DNA of 64,000 nucleotides from Eubacteriales bacterium. Its GTDB lineage: Bacteria; Bacillota; Clostridia; Oscillospirales; QAKW01. The notes beneath the pieces were generated by a model that worked only from the letters and a program-made list of their open reading frames with translations, had not been told where the DNA came from and searched no databases. Shown here piece by piece: positions 36,985-46,897 of this stretch (within the stretch, counting starts at the first letter, position 1; each line of letters starts with the position of its first letter). The position numbers and the translations under genes are program-made. The stretch spans positions 43,138 to 107,137 of the forward strand of contig JAZQAE010000023.1 in assembly GCA_045544995.1 (NCBI GenBank). Reading direction: 5' to 3'.

Positions 36985-37683
36985 ATGCTGTTCCAAACCT
37001 ACTATTTCGGGATTTTTACCATGCTTCCGGTTCTTATACTGAGCCTTATTGTACAGTCCCGAATGCAATCGGCTTATTCAAAATACTCAAAGCTTTCTAA
37101 CGGCCGGGGAATGACCGGTGCACAGATGGCTGAGCACATTTTACACGGCGCCGGAATTTATGATGTTAATATCACCTGTGTATCCGGACATTTGTCGGAC
37201 CATTTTGATCCAACGAAAAAAGTGGTTCGTCTATCTGAGCAGGTCTATAACGGAACCAGTGTTGCATCCATTGGTATTGCCGCACACGAGTGCGGTCATG
37301 CCATTCAGCATCACGTGGGTTATTTTCCTATTCGCCTTCGTTCTGCAGTGGTTGGGATCACCAATTTTAGCTCGAAATTACTCTATTTCTTGATGATTGC
37401 CAGTTTTTTTGTTTCCGGATATACGAACGGTACGGTGATTTTTAATTTGGCGATTCTTTGCTATGCAGTATTGTTTTTCTTTCAACTTGTTACTTTGCCG
37501 GTGGAGTTTAATGCGTCTGCCCGGGCAATGGAACAGGTACAGAAGGCAGGATTCGGCGAACAAGATACAAGTGGTGTAAAAAAGGTTCTCACCGCTGCAG
37601 CAATGACCTACGTTGCTTCAGCAATTACAGTTTTATGGCAACTGTTGATTTTGATCAGCCGTGCCAATAATCGGCGAAGATGA
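36985..37683 (+). CDS. Membrane zinc metallopeptidase (YugP-like)
   Basis: HExxH in IAAHECGHAIQH, plus TM segments at both ends. Confidence 0.8.
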   Translation: MLFQTYYFGIFTMLPVLILSLIVQSRMQSAYSKYSKLSNGRGMTGAQMAEHILHGAGIYDVNITCVSGHLSDHFDPTKKVVRLSEQVYNGTSVASIGIAAHECGHAIQHHVGYFPIRLRSAVVGITNFSSKLLYFLMIASFFVSGYTNGTVIFNLAILCYAVLFFFQLVTLPVEFNASARAMEQVQKAGFGEQDTSGVKKVLTAAAMTYVASAITVLWQLLILISRANNRRR

Positions 37684-38951
37684 TGGTTCCTCGTCTGATT
37701 GCTTACAATTTAATAGAGGAGTGGGAAACGGAGCAGACTTTCCCAAATCTCACTCTAAAAAATGCATTACGTGAAGTTTGTGATCTGCGTGATCGCAGAT
37801 TTATAACGGCATTAGTCTATGGCGTAGTGGAACGGAAGATCACGTTGGACCATTTTCTTGCTCAATGCTCACAGAGAAAGCTGGGGCAACTTTCTCCGGC
37901 GGTTCTTTCGGTTTTACGTATGGGCTTATATCAGATGTTTTATATGAAGATTCCGGCTTCCGCCGCCTGTAATACATCGGTGGAATTGATTAAAAAGCGT
38001 GGAATGGCGCATAGTGCCGGATTTGTTAATGCCGTGCTTCGTCGGTGCGATCGGGAGCGAGAACAATTACTTGCCTTGAAGAAAGCGGATTTTTCGGTTC
38101 GTTATTCGATTGCTCCGGAATTGGTGGATCTTCTGCTGGAGCAGTATGATAAGAAAACATTTGTTTTGATGATGGAGAGCTTTGCGCATCCTGATACATC
38201 GATCTATCTTTTTCATAATATCAAGCGGGGAAGTGCGTCTGAGTTTTTGACTCGAATGAGACAAGAGGGGATCGCACCGGAGGAAACGGAGCATGAAAAT
38301 CTTTTTCGTGTGGATGGTGGTTTCTCTGTTGAACAATCTCCGGCATTTCAGGATGGCTGGTTCCACGTGGTGGGCAGACATTCTGCTGAAACGGCATTGT
38401 TAATGCCTTCTGATACAGGGATTGCAATAGATCTCTGTGCAGCCCCCGGCGGAAAGACCTTTATTATGGCCGCTCTGACCGAAGGGGAAATAAGGGCATC
38501 AGACGTTCATCCTCATAAGGTGCGCTTACTGAAGCAAACCGCTCAACGTTTGGGCCATAAAAATGTCAATGTAGTTTTAGCGGATGCTTCAGTTTTGGAT
38601 GAGTCTTGCTTGGAAACTGCGGATTTCGTCTTGTGCGACGTTCCGTGCAGCGGCCTTGGCATTATGGGCAAGAAGCCGGACATTAAATATAAAAGATACA
38701 ACAGTGAGGAATTTACGTCGTTACAGGCGGACATCTTGCAAAATGGTGCGGATTATTTAAAAAACGGCGGCAGGCTTGTTTATTCGACTTGCACCGTTGA
38801 TCGCCGTGAAAACGAGCGGTTGGTGGACCGATTCCTTGCGAATAATCCATCGTTTTCTTATGATAAAGATGTATTTTCAGATGGCTATAAAACATATCTT
38901 CCGGAACCGGGTTCCGAGGGATTCTTTATTGCCGTGTTAAAGAAAGGCTAA
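37680..38951 (+). CDS. rsmB: 16S rRNA (cytosine967-C5)-methyltransferase
   Basis: NusB-like N-domain plus a MTase domain (DLCAAPGGKT...DVPCSGLG...YSTCT). Confidence 0.9.
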   Translation: MMVPRLIAYNLIEEWETEQTFPNLTLKNALREVCDLRDRRFITALVYGVVERKITLDHFLAQCSQRKLGQLSPAVLSVLRMGLYQMFYMKIPASAACNTSVELIKKRGMAHSAGFVNAVLRRCDREREQLLALKKADFSVRYSIAPELVDLLLEQYDKKTFVLMMESFAHPDTSIYLFHNIKRGSASEFLTRMRQEGIAPEETEHENLFRVDGGFSVEQSPAFQDGWFHVVGRHSAETALLMPSDTGIAIDLCAAPGGKTFIMAALTEGEIRASDVHPHKVRLLKQTAQRLGHKNVNVVLADASVLDESCLETADFVLCDVPCSGLGIMGKKPDIKYKRYNSEEFTSLQADILQNGADYLKNGGRLVYSTCTVDRRENERLVDRFLANNPSFSYDKDVFSDGYKTYLPEPGSEGFFIAVLKKG

Positions 38952-38954
38952 GGT

Positions 38955-39998
38955 TTGAAAGCAGATTTAAAATCTATGACAAGGGAAGAACTCTCTTCCT
39001 ACATAAAAGATTTAGGGGAACCCGCTTTTCGAAGTAAGCAAGTTTTTCATTGGCTTCATCGAGGGGTTCGTAGTTTCGATGAAATGACAGATCTGCCTCG
39101 TTCGTTGAAAGAACGATTGATGGAAGAGGCTTTTATTACTGATTTGAAAGTATTTAAGCGATTTCGATCCCGGTTGGATGATACGGTGAAGTATCTTTTT
39201 CAATTGGCAGATGGTAATATCATTGAAACGGTGGCTATGAAATACCATCACGGGTATTCCCTGTGTATTTCGTGTCAGGTTGGGTGCCGGATGGGGTGCT
39301 CCTTTTGTCAGTCTACTAAAAATGGATTGATTCGTTCCCTGACCGCAGGCGAAATTTTGGATCAGATTCTACAGGTTCAGAAAGACTTGAATATTCGAAT
39401 TTCCAATATTGTAATGATGGGAATTGGGGAACCTTTGGATAATTATGATGAAGTGATCCGATTTCTTAAAAATGTCAATGATCCGGAGGGAATCAATATT
39501 GGGTATCGTCACATTTCCCTTTCAACTTGCGGGTTAGTGCCCGGGATCTTACGATTGGCGGAAGAAAACTTGCCAATTACATTATCTATTTCACTGCACG
39601 GTACCAGCGATGAAATTCGCTCTGAGATTATGCCGATTAATCGTAAGTATCATTTGAATGATTTAATTGACGCTTGTAAGAAGTATCAAGCTGTAACAGG
39701 GAGAAGAATTTCATTTGAATATGCAGTAATCGCCGGAGTGAACGATAAAGACGATGATGCAAAACGCTTAAACGCTCTTTTGAAAGGAATCCTTTGTCAC
39801 GTAAACTTGATTCCTGTAAATCCTATTGAGAAGGGGACTTACCATCCGCCTTCCAGAAAGAGTATATTGAATTTTCAAGCAACCTTGACGAAACTTGGTT
39901 TGAACGCAACTATTCGCAGAACTTTAGGAAGTGATATTTCTGCGTCATGCGGTCAACTTCGTCATCAAAACGCAGTAGAAGGAGGTGCAGACGCTTGA
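38955..39998 (+). CDS. rlmN: 23S rRNA/tRNA A2503 C2-methyltransferase (radical SAM)
   Basis: CxxxCxxC (CRMGCSFC), ...NIVMMGIGEPLDNY..., C-terminal ...SASCGQL. TTG start. Confidence 0.9.
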   Translation: MKADLKSMTREELSSYIKDLGEPAFRSKQVFHWLHRGVRSFDEMTDLPRSLKERLMEEAFITDLKVFKRFRSRLDDTVKYLFQLADGNIIETVAMKYHHGYSLCISCQVGCRMGCSFCQSTKNGLIRSLTAGEILDQILQVQKDLNIRISNIVMMGIGEPLDNYDEVIRFLKNVNDPEGINIGYRHISLSTCGLVPGILRLAEENLPITLSISLHGTSDEIRSEIMPINRKYHLNDLIDACKKYQAVTGRRISFEYAVIAGVNDKDDDAKRLNALLKGILCHVNLIPVNPIEKGTYHPPSRKSILNFQATLTKLGLNATIRRTLGSDISASCGQLRHQNAVEGGADA

Positions 39999-40711
39999 AT
40001 ATCATAGCACACAGCGATATTGGTCGAGTGCGAATCGAAAACCAAGATGCATTCTGGATCAAACAGTTTGATGAAAAAACTTGCGTAGCGGTCGTTTGTG
40101 ACGGCATGGGCGGAGCCCGGGGTGGTCAGCAGGCAAGCCAACTGGCGATTGAAGCGGTGGAAAAATGTTTTGATGCATTATTACCGTCTACACAGGTTGA
40201 AGATGTATTTCATCAAGCTGTAGAGTTGAGTAATCAATATGTTTATAAAAAAGCATACGATGATCCCACCTTGAGCGGTATGGGGACCACGATGGTTTTA
40301 GTTCTGGTGAAAGGGTGTACGGCATATTTCGCCAATGTGGGCGATAGTCGTGGCTATCACATTAAAAACGGCAGTATCAGCCAGGTGACCAAAGATCATT
40401 CTGCGGTACAAGAGTTGGTGGATAGCGGACATATTACGGAACGTCAGGCAAAAATGCACCCTAATAAAAATATCATCACACGAGCGATCGGCATCGAAGA
40501 GGAAATTACCTTTGATTTCTTTCAAGTAGAAGTGGAACCTGGGGACGTTTTGGTTCTTTGCTCGGACGGGTTGTCTAATCATGTAGACGAGAATGAAATT
40601 CAGTTCGAGACTGCCGGCGGGGAATTCAGTAATCTTCCAAAACGGTTGATTGATCTTGCTAACAGTAGAGGCGGCGACGACAATATTACGGTTGCTGCAA
40701 TTCAAATATAG
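39995..40711 (+). CDS. stp: PP2C-family Ser/Thr phosphatase
   Basis: TTG 39995 lies 7 nt after GAAGGAGGTG and overlaps the rlmN stop. Contains VCDGMGG..., ...LLCSDGLS..., ...GGDDNITV. Confidence 0.9.
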   Translation: MNIIAHSDIGRVRIENQDAFWIKQFDEKTCVAVVCDGMGGARGGQQASQLAIEAVEKCFDALLPSTQVEDVFHQAVELSNQYVYKKAYDDPTLSGMGTTMVLVLVKGCTAYFANVGDSRGYHIKNGSISQVTKDHSAVQELVDSGHITERQAKMHPNKNIITRAIGIEEEITFDFFQVEVEPGDVLVLCSDGLSNHVDENEIQFETAGGEFSNLPKRLIDLANSRGGDDNITVAAIQI

Positions 40712-40731
40712 TGTGAGAAGGAGTTTAAATC

Positions 40732-42699
40732 ATGGAAAAATACATTGGAAAAGTTTTAAATGACCGCTACATGATTACAGAAGTTATTGGCGTGGGCGGC
40801 ATGGCTTATGTATACAAGGCGTTTGATAAAGTCTGCAACCGTGTAGTTGCGGTGAAAATTTTAAAGGACGAGTTTATGTCGGATGCACAATTCCGTCGCC
40901 GCTTCACCAACGAATCAAAAGCAATCACCATGCTTTCCCATGGGAATATCGTTGATGTTTATGACGTTTCCTTGGAAGGGGATGCTCTTTATATTGTAAT
41001 GGAGTATATTGATGGCATTACTTTAAAAGAGTACATGGAGAAAAAAGGAACGCTGAATTCTACAGAAGCGTTGCATTTTATCAAGCAGATCTTGAAAGGA
41101 CTTTCGCACGCACATGAACGTGGTATCGTTCACCGTGACGTGAAGCCACATAACATTCTCCTTCTGAAAGACGGCACAATTAAAATCACGGACTTTGGTA
41201 TTGCCCGTCTGACTAAATTTGATACTCAGACCATTAGTGATATGACGATTGGTTCGGTTCATTACATTAGCCCTGAGCAGGCTAGTGGTGATCGTACCGA
41301 TGAGCGTAGTGATATTTATTCGGTAGGTATCATTCTTTATGAAATGCTGACCGGAAAACTGCCTTTTGAGGCGGATACTGCGGTTGCAGTTGCATTGATG
41401 CAGGTGCAGGCACAGCCGGATCTTCCTAGCGAACTGATCGAGGATATTCCGCAGGGACTGGAAGAGATCATCTTAAAGGCAATTATGAAGGATCCTGCAT
41501 TGCGTTATCAGTCTGCCGGCTCTATTTTGGCGGATATTACGTTATTTGAGTCAGATCCCACGATTATCTTTAACTATTCTGCGGAGGCCGTGGAAGAGGA
41601 ACCAGTGGTAGATAATTCGCCCACAATTTTTGCTGAGGATCTCGTGAGCGAGGAGAATGAAGCGATTGAGGACGAGGGAGAAGAGGAATATATTGAAGAG
41701 CCCTCCACCTTTAAATCTACCTGGCTTCCCATCTTGGCCGGCGTTGGTACGGCATTTGTGGTTCTGATTTTAGTTGCTCTTGGAATTGTCTTCCAGAAAG
41801 AACTGTTTGGCCCAAAGACGGTAACTTGTCCGAACGTCGTTGGTATGAAGCTGGAGGAGGCAAAGGCGGGTTATACCTTTGAGTTTGTGGTTGGCTCCAC
41901 TGCCTCCAGCGATAAATATACGGATGGTCAAATCATCTCTCAGAATCCCGAAGCAAATAGTCAGGTGAAAAAGAAGGGCACCATTACGGTCGTCCTCAGT
42001 ACCGGGCCTGCCAGCGTGAATCAAAATGATGCTCCTACCATGGAAGATACGAATTACGTTCCCAGTGTGGTTGGGTGGGAAAAATCAGAGGCAATTGCTG
42101 AATTTAAACGTCAGAAGATCACTTATCGTATTGAGCGTGACTTCGATGATGATGTCGAAGAGGGATGTGTTATTTCTACCACTCCGTCTGCTGGTGAGGA
42201 AATCACAAACTCTGATACCGTCATTATCTATATCAGTAGAGGCCCAAAGGAAGAAAAGGAACCGGAGGTAAAAACGGTTACTATGCCGAAACTGGTTGGT
42301 CAACATCAGGACGTTCTTGAGACTACCTTGGAAAACAATTTGCTGAAACTCGGCACCATTACCGAAGAGTACAGCGATACTGTGGAAAAGGGATACGTTA
42401 TTTCTCAGAGCGTGCTTGCCGACTCGAAGGTGGAAGAGGGGACAGCGGTTAATTTTGTGGTTAGCGCAGGGCCCAAGGAAACAACTCCCCCTGAAAATGA
42501 TAAACCGGATGGTGGTTCCGATGGAACTGAAACGGATCAGCCTGACGGTGGAAATGAGACACCGGGCTCTGGTACTACGACTCCGGATTCCGGCAACGAT
42601 ACAAACACCGGAACTACGCCGGAAAACGGAACGGAAAATGAAGGAAATACAGAAAATCAAACCCCTTCTGAGGGCGGAGATACCGCAACTTCCAACTGA
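40732..42699 (+). CDS. prkC: Ser/Thr kinase with three PASTA repeats and an acidic low-complexity tail
   Basis: Hanks kinase motifs (HRDVKPHNILL, DFGIA), a TM near residue 335, three PASTA units, and a C-terminal T/G/N/E/D/P-rich tail of about 75 aa. Confidence 0.95.
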   Translation: MEKYIGKVLNDRYMITEVIGVGGMAYVYKAFDKVCNRVVAVKILKDEFMSDAQFRRRFTNESKAITMLSHGNIVDVYDVSLEGDALYIVMEYIDGITLKEYMEKKGTLNSTEALHFIKQILKGLSHAHERGIVHRDVKPHNILLLKDGTIKITDFGIARLTKFDTQTISDMTIGSVHYISPEQASGDRTDERSDIYSVGIILYEMLTGKLPFEADTAVAVALMQVQAQPDLPSELIEDIPQGLEEIILKAIMKDPALRYQSAGSILADITLFESDPTIIFNYSAEAVEEEPVVDNSPTIFAEDLVSEENEAIEDEGEEEYIEEPSTFKSTWLPILAGVGTAFVVLILVALGIVFQKELFGPKTVTCPNVVGMKLEEAKAGYTFEFVVGSTASSDKYTDGQIISQNPEANSQVKKKGTITVVLSTGPASVNQNDAPTMEDTNYVPSVVGWEKSEAIAEFKRQKITYRIERDFDDDVEEGCVISTTPSAGEEITNSDTVIIYISRGPKEEKEPEVKTVTMPKLVGQHQDVLETTLENNLLKLGTITEEYSDTVEKGYVISQSVLADSKVEEGTAVNFVVSAGPKETTPPENDKPDGGSDGTETDQPDGGNETPGSGTTTPDSGNDTNTGTTPENGTENEGNTENQTPSEGGDTATSN

Positions 42700-43595
42700 T
42701 GATGAACGGAAAAATTATAAAACTGTTGTCCGGCGTTTATACGGTTGAGACAACGGATGGGCTATACGAGTGTCGGGCAAAGGGGAGTTTTAGAAAACAA
42801 GGAATTTCACCTGTTCCCGGCGATGACGTTGAAATATTGGCTATGGCGGATCATACTGGTCGTATTGAACGGATTTTACCGCGAAAAAACTATATGATTC
42901 GTCCCAACGTCGCCAATGTTGATGCTCTGTGTTATGTATCTTCATACTCACAGCCAACTCCTTTTCCGTTCACGATCGATAAGATGTTGATCATCGCTCA
43001 AAACCAAAAGATTGATCCGATATTAGTTTTTAATAAGATCGATCTTCCCGATGATGATGGCGTAGGAAACTTAGCCGAGCATTATAAAAGCTTGGGATAT
43101 GATGTCTTTTGTGTTTCCGCCTCAACGGGCGAAGGAATGGATGCTTTGAGAACCGCACTTCAAGATCGTACGGTGATCTTTGCGGGGAATACCGGTGTGG
43201 GAAAAAGCAGTATTTTGAATTTGCTTTATCCGGAGCTGGAGTTGCCAACCGGTGAAGTTTCTGAAAAATTAGGACGCGGTAGACATACCACCCGCCACAT
43301 CGAACTATATCCGGCTAACGGAGGCTTAATTGGAGATACTCCCGGATTTGGCGCCTTGGAATTAGAAGGCTATGAGATTGAGCGTAGCGAATTGGCAACT
43401 TATTTCCCGGAGTTTTCACCCTTTATAGAAGAGTGTGAGTTTTTGAACTGTATGCACGATAAAGAACGAAATTGCGGTGTTCGCAACGCAGTTGAACAAG
43501 GACTCATTCGTGAGGGCCGTTACGAAAGTTACCGACAGGTCTATCAACTTTTAAAGGAGGGAGAAACTCCTTGGAACAAAAAGACAAACAATTAA
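42699..43595 (+). CDS. rsgA: Ribosome small-subunit-dependent GTPase A
   Basis: OB domain, GNTGVGKSSILN, and a zinc knuckle (CxFxNCxHxxExxC). Confidence 0.9.
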   Translation: MMNGKIIKLLSGVYTVETTDGLYECRAKGSFRKQGISPVPGDDVEILAMADHTGRIERILPRKNYMIRPNVANVDALCYVSSYSQPTPFPFTIDKMLIIAQNQKIDPILVFNKIDLPDDDGVGNLAEHYKSLGYDVFCVSASTGEGMDALRTALQDRTVIFAGNTGVGKSSILNLLYPELELPTGEVSEKLGRGRHTTRHIELYPANGGLIGDTPGFGALELEGYEIERSELATYFPEFSPFIEECEFLNCMHDKERNCGVRNAVEQGLIREGRYESYRQVYQLLKEGETPWNKKTNN

Positions 43596-44203
43596 TGATC
43601 TTCTTAGCCGGTGAGCTGAGAAATGAGAAGAACGTCCGTGCATTAATGGAAAATGATTCCTTTTCCTACTATGCAGCAGATGCCGGTTATATATTAGCGG
43701 ATGCATTTGGTGTATCGTTGGAACGCCTTTTGGGTGATTTTGATTCGGCGCCTAAACCGACGGATAGGGAATTGCTGTTGTTTCCGTCGGAAAAAGATCA
43801 GACGGACAGTGAACTGGCCTTGGATCTTGCAATCCGTGACGGTTATCGGAATATTTGGATGATCGCACCTTTTGGAGGACGTTTTGATCATACGATCGCA
43901 AATCTCTCTTTGCTGGAACAGGCAAAAATGAGAGACGTGAATCTAAAACTCTATGATGGAGAAAATTTGGTCTTTATCATATCCGAAGGAAGATACACGT
44001 TTTCGGACCGGTACCGTTATATCTCATTTTTTCCTTGGACGGGTGATGCGGTGATATCTTTAAATGGATTTAAATATCCTTTGGATCGCTATGAGTTGAA
44101 AATGGAAAAACCGATTGGGATCAGTAATGAGCCATCCAAGGCTGTGACGCCGGAAATACAAATTCACAAAGGATCGGTGTTGTGTATTTGCATCGATGAT
44201 TAA
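43571..44203 (+). CDS. thiN: Thiamine pyrophosphokinase
   Basis: ..AADAGY...LLGDFDS... TPK motifs. The start is ambiguous: TTG 43571 with AAGGAGG 11 nt upstream, or ATG 43595 overlapping the rsgA stop. Confidence 0.8.
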   Translation: MEQKDKQLMIFLAGELRNEKNVRALMENDSFSYYAADAGYILADAFGVSLERLLGDFDSAPKPTDRELLLFPSEKDQTDSELALDLAIRDGYRNIWMIAPFGGRFDHTIANLSLLEQAKMRDVNLKLYDGENLVFIISEGRYTFSDRYRYISFFPWTGDAVISLNGFKYPLDRYELKMEKPIGISNEPSKAVTPEIQIHKGSVLCICIDD

Positions 44204-44214
44204 TAGGAGGAAGT

Positions 44215-44607
44215 ATGACAAGACAAAAACAAAGAAAAGTAGTCTTTCAATTGGTGTATGCGCTGAATTATCAGGGATTGGAGTATAAAGAATCTATCCT
44301 GGAAGAGTTTTATCGTCAACAGGAAAACCAGGAGCATCTTGAATACATCGATGAAACCTTCGATGGAATTGCCCTTCATTGGGAAGAAATCAATCAATTG
44401 ATCGAGCCGGCTTTGGCCAATTGGTCCATGAACCGTATCAGTGCAGTCTGTCTTGCTATTTTGAGGGTGGCTGTTTATGAGGTGAAGTTTAATCCTTCCA
44501 TTCCGGATCGTGTTGCTGTCAACGAGGCGATCGAGCTTGCAAAGGAATTCGGTGAGGAAGACTCCGGTAGTTTCGTTCACGGTGTATTAAGCACTATCGC
44601 AAAATAA
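44215..44607 (+). CDS. nusB: Transcription antitermination factor NusB
   Basis: AGGAGG SD. ..ILRVAVYEVKF...VAVNEAIELAKEFG..SGSFVHGVL. Confidence 0.9.
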   Translation: MTRQKQRKVVFQLVYALNYQGLEYKESILEEFYRQQENQEHLEYIDETFDGIALHWEEINQLIEPALANWSMNRISAVCLAILRVAVYEVKFNPSIPDRVAVNEAIELAKEFGEEDSGSFVHGVLSTIAK

Positions 44608-45839
44608 TGGAACGAACAGCGATTACAGTAACCCAATTAAATCAGTACCTCAAAGGTGTTCTTGAATCGGATCTGAATCTGCGAAACATTTGGGTGCAAG
44701 GTGAGATCTCGAATCTGACGATTCATGGAAGCGGTCACATTTATTTGCGGCTGAAGGACGAAGAAGGAATCGTCAGTGCTGTAATGTTCCGCTCCAGTGC
44801 CTCAAAGCTAAAATTTCGCCCGGAAAATGGGATGAAGATTCTGGCCAAAGGCAGTGTTTCCGTCTTTGAAAAAACCGGCGTTTATCAGTTATATATCACT
44901 GAGATGAAACAAGACGGGGTAGGGGATCTCTACGTTGCACTGGAACAATTGAAAAAACAATTGGCTGAGGCTGGGATCTTTGCAGAAAGCCATAAGAAGA
45001 GAATTCCTGCAATCCCGGAACGTATTGGTGTGATAACATCCCCAACCGGAGCGGCTGTGCGTGATATTATCAATATTACCGGACGACGATTTCCATTGGC
45101 AGAAGTAATTGTTTACCCTGCAATTGTACAAGGCGATCAGGCTCCTGCTTCGTTAATTCAAGGCATTGAATATTTTGAACGAAGCGTGCGTGTCGACGTT
45201 ATCATTATAGGCCGCGGTGGCGGATCCATTGAGGATTTATGGGGATTTAACAATCCTGATCTGGCTTTGGCAATTTATAATTGCGAGACGCCGATCGTTT
45301 CTGCCGTCGGCCATGAGACGGATTTTACGATTTGTGATTTTGCGGCAGATCTTCGTGCTCCCACACCTTCCGGCGCTGCAGAATTGGTAGTGCCGGATAT
45401 GCAGGATCTCCTTCGTCGGTTGTCGCAGGACGAAAAACGACTTAGATCTGCATTGCGCGGTACAATACAAAGAAAACGGGATCTTTGGGAGCGATATGCG
45501 AATGCTAAAATTATGACAGATCCCCACGCTTTTACCGACCGGCGTTTTATGATGCTGGATCATTTATCGGATCGGTTGAGCAGTAATATTCACCGCTTAA
45601 CTACCGATCAGCGCAGTACTGTTGCGACGCTGATGGCGAAGTTGGACGCTCTGAGTCCTTTGAAGGTGCTTCAGCGTGGTTACGCTATGGCGCAGGACTC
45701 GGAAGGAAACGTAATTAAACAAATACAACAGTTGAAAATTAATGATAGAGTTTCTCTTTGCTTGGATGGCGGACAGGCCGTCTGTGCTGTAGAGGATTTG
45801 ATAAGGAATGATGATGATGGAGAACAACCTGAAATTTGA
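44607..45839 (+). CDS. xseA: Exodeoxyribonuclease VII large subunit
   Basis: ..VTQLNQYLKGVLESD..IWVQGEISN.. and RGGGSIEDLW. Confidence 0.95.
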   Translation: MERTAITVTQLNQYLKGVLESDLNLRNIWVQGEISNLTIHGSGHIYLRLKDEEGIVSAVMFRSSASKLKFRPENGMKILAKGSVSVFEKTGVYQLYITEMKQDGVGDLYVALEQLKKQLAEAGIFAESHKKRIPAIPERIGVITSPTGAAVRDIINITGRRFPLAEVIVYPAIVQGDQAPASLIQGIEYFERSVRVDVIIIGRGGGSIEDLWGFNNPDLALAIYNCETPIVSAVGHETDFTICDFAADLRAPTPSGAAELVVPDMQDLLRRLSQDEKRLRSALRGTIQRKRDLWERYANAKIMTDPHAFTDRRFMMLDHLSDRLSSNIHRLTTDQRSTVATLMAKLDALSPLKVLQRGYAMAQDSEGNVIKQIQQLKINDRVSLCLDGGQAVCAVEDLIRNDDDGEQPEI

Positions 45840-46023
45840 AGAAGCAATCAATCAATTGGCGGAGATCGTAAAGAGCCTTGAAAGTGGGGAAGTTCCTTTG
45901 GATGAGTCGATTGCCCTTTATGAAACCGGAATGAAATTGAGCAAACGTTGCACGGAATTGCTGGAAAAAGCCGAACAGAAAGTGAAGTTTCTTCAGCAAG
46001 GCGAGGTTGAAGACCATGAATAA
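45817..46023 (+). CDS. xseB: Exodeoxyribonuclease VII small subunit
   Basis: MENNLKFEEAINQLAEIVKSLESGEVPLDESIALYETG. The start is ambiguous among four tandem ATGs at 45808-45817. Confidence 0.9.
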   Translation: MENNLKFEEAINQLAEIVKSLESGEVPLDESIALYETGMKLSKRCTELLEKAEQKVKFLQQGEVEDHE

Positions 46024-46873
46024 AGAATACCTTGCTTATAAGAGTAAACTGGATGATTTGCTAAGCACACTAATTCAAAGAGAGTTAGGGGAAGAACATC
46101 CTCTGTGCGAATCGATGGCCTATGGCGTGATGTCACCCGGTAAGCGAATTCGTGGCGCCTTAACAATGGCGTTTTGCACCCGTCTTGGTGTTACTGAGGA
46201 ACAGGCTCTGCCGTTTGCGGCGGCTTTAGAGTTGATTCATGCCTATTCGCTGGTTCATGATGATATGCCGGAAATGGATAATGATGATTATCGTCGTGGT
46301 CTTTTGACTTGTCATAAAAAATATGGTGCTGATATGGCACTTCTGGCCGGCGATGGGATTTTGAATTTTTCCATGGAGTATCTTCTTTCAAAGAGGGATT
46401 TATATCAACCCGAAGCGTTTTTGGCTGCTTTGAATGTTCTCTATGAAGCATCCGGCGCCAGAGGGATGCTCTGTGGACAAGTTCTTGATAAACAAGGGGA
46501 AAATAAAGTTTTATCTTTAGATGAACTCTTAGAACTTCATCGTCATAAAACAGGGGCATTATTGGCTGCCCCCATTCGAATCGCCGAAACATTATCCGGA
46601 ACAAAAAAAGAAAATTATGTAAACTATTGTGAGTGCATTGGTCTTGCGTTTCAAATCAAAGATGATATTTTAGATGTGGAAGGCTCGGCGGAAGTTTTAG
46701 GAAAAGAAACAGGCAAAGATCAAGAAGAGAATAAGTCTACCTTTGTCTCGCTTCTGGGTCTTTCAGAATCTAAAAAATACCTTGAAAAAGAACTGGATGA
46801 GGCTGTCAAAGCAAGTGAAGAAGATGAGTTTTTGCTTTGGCTTGCTCGTTATATTGGATCCAGAGAGAAATAA
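46016..46873 (+). CDS. ispA: Farnesyl/geranyl diphosphate synthase
   Basis: LVHDDMPEMDNDDYRRG and FQIKDDILD aspartate-rich motifs. ATG 46016 lies 9 nt after GAGG. Confidence 0.9.
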   Translation: MNKEYLAYKSKLDDLLSTLIQRELGEEHPLCESMAYGVMSPGKRIRGALTMAFCTRLGVTEEQALPFAAALELIHAYSLVHDDMPEMDNDDYRRGLLTCHKKYGADMALLAGDGILNFSMEYLLSKRDLYQPEAFLAALNVLYEASGARGMLCGQVLDKQGENKVLSLDELLELHRHKTGALLAAPIRIAETLSGTKKENYVNYCECIGLAFQIKDDILDVEGSAEVLGKETGKDQEENKSTFVSLLGLSESKKYLEKELDEAVKASEEDEFLLWLARYIGSREK

Positions 46874-46897
46874 TAATTGTAAAGGAGGGCGTACGGA

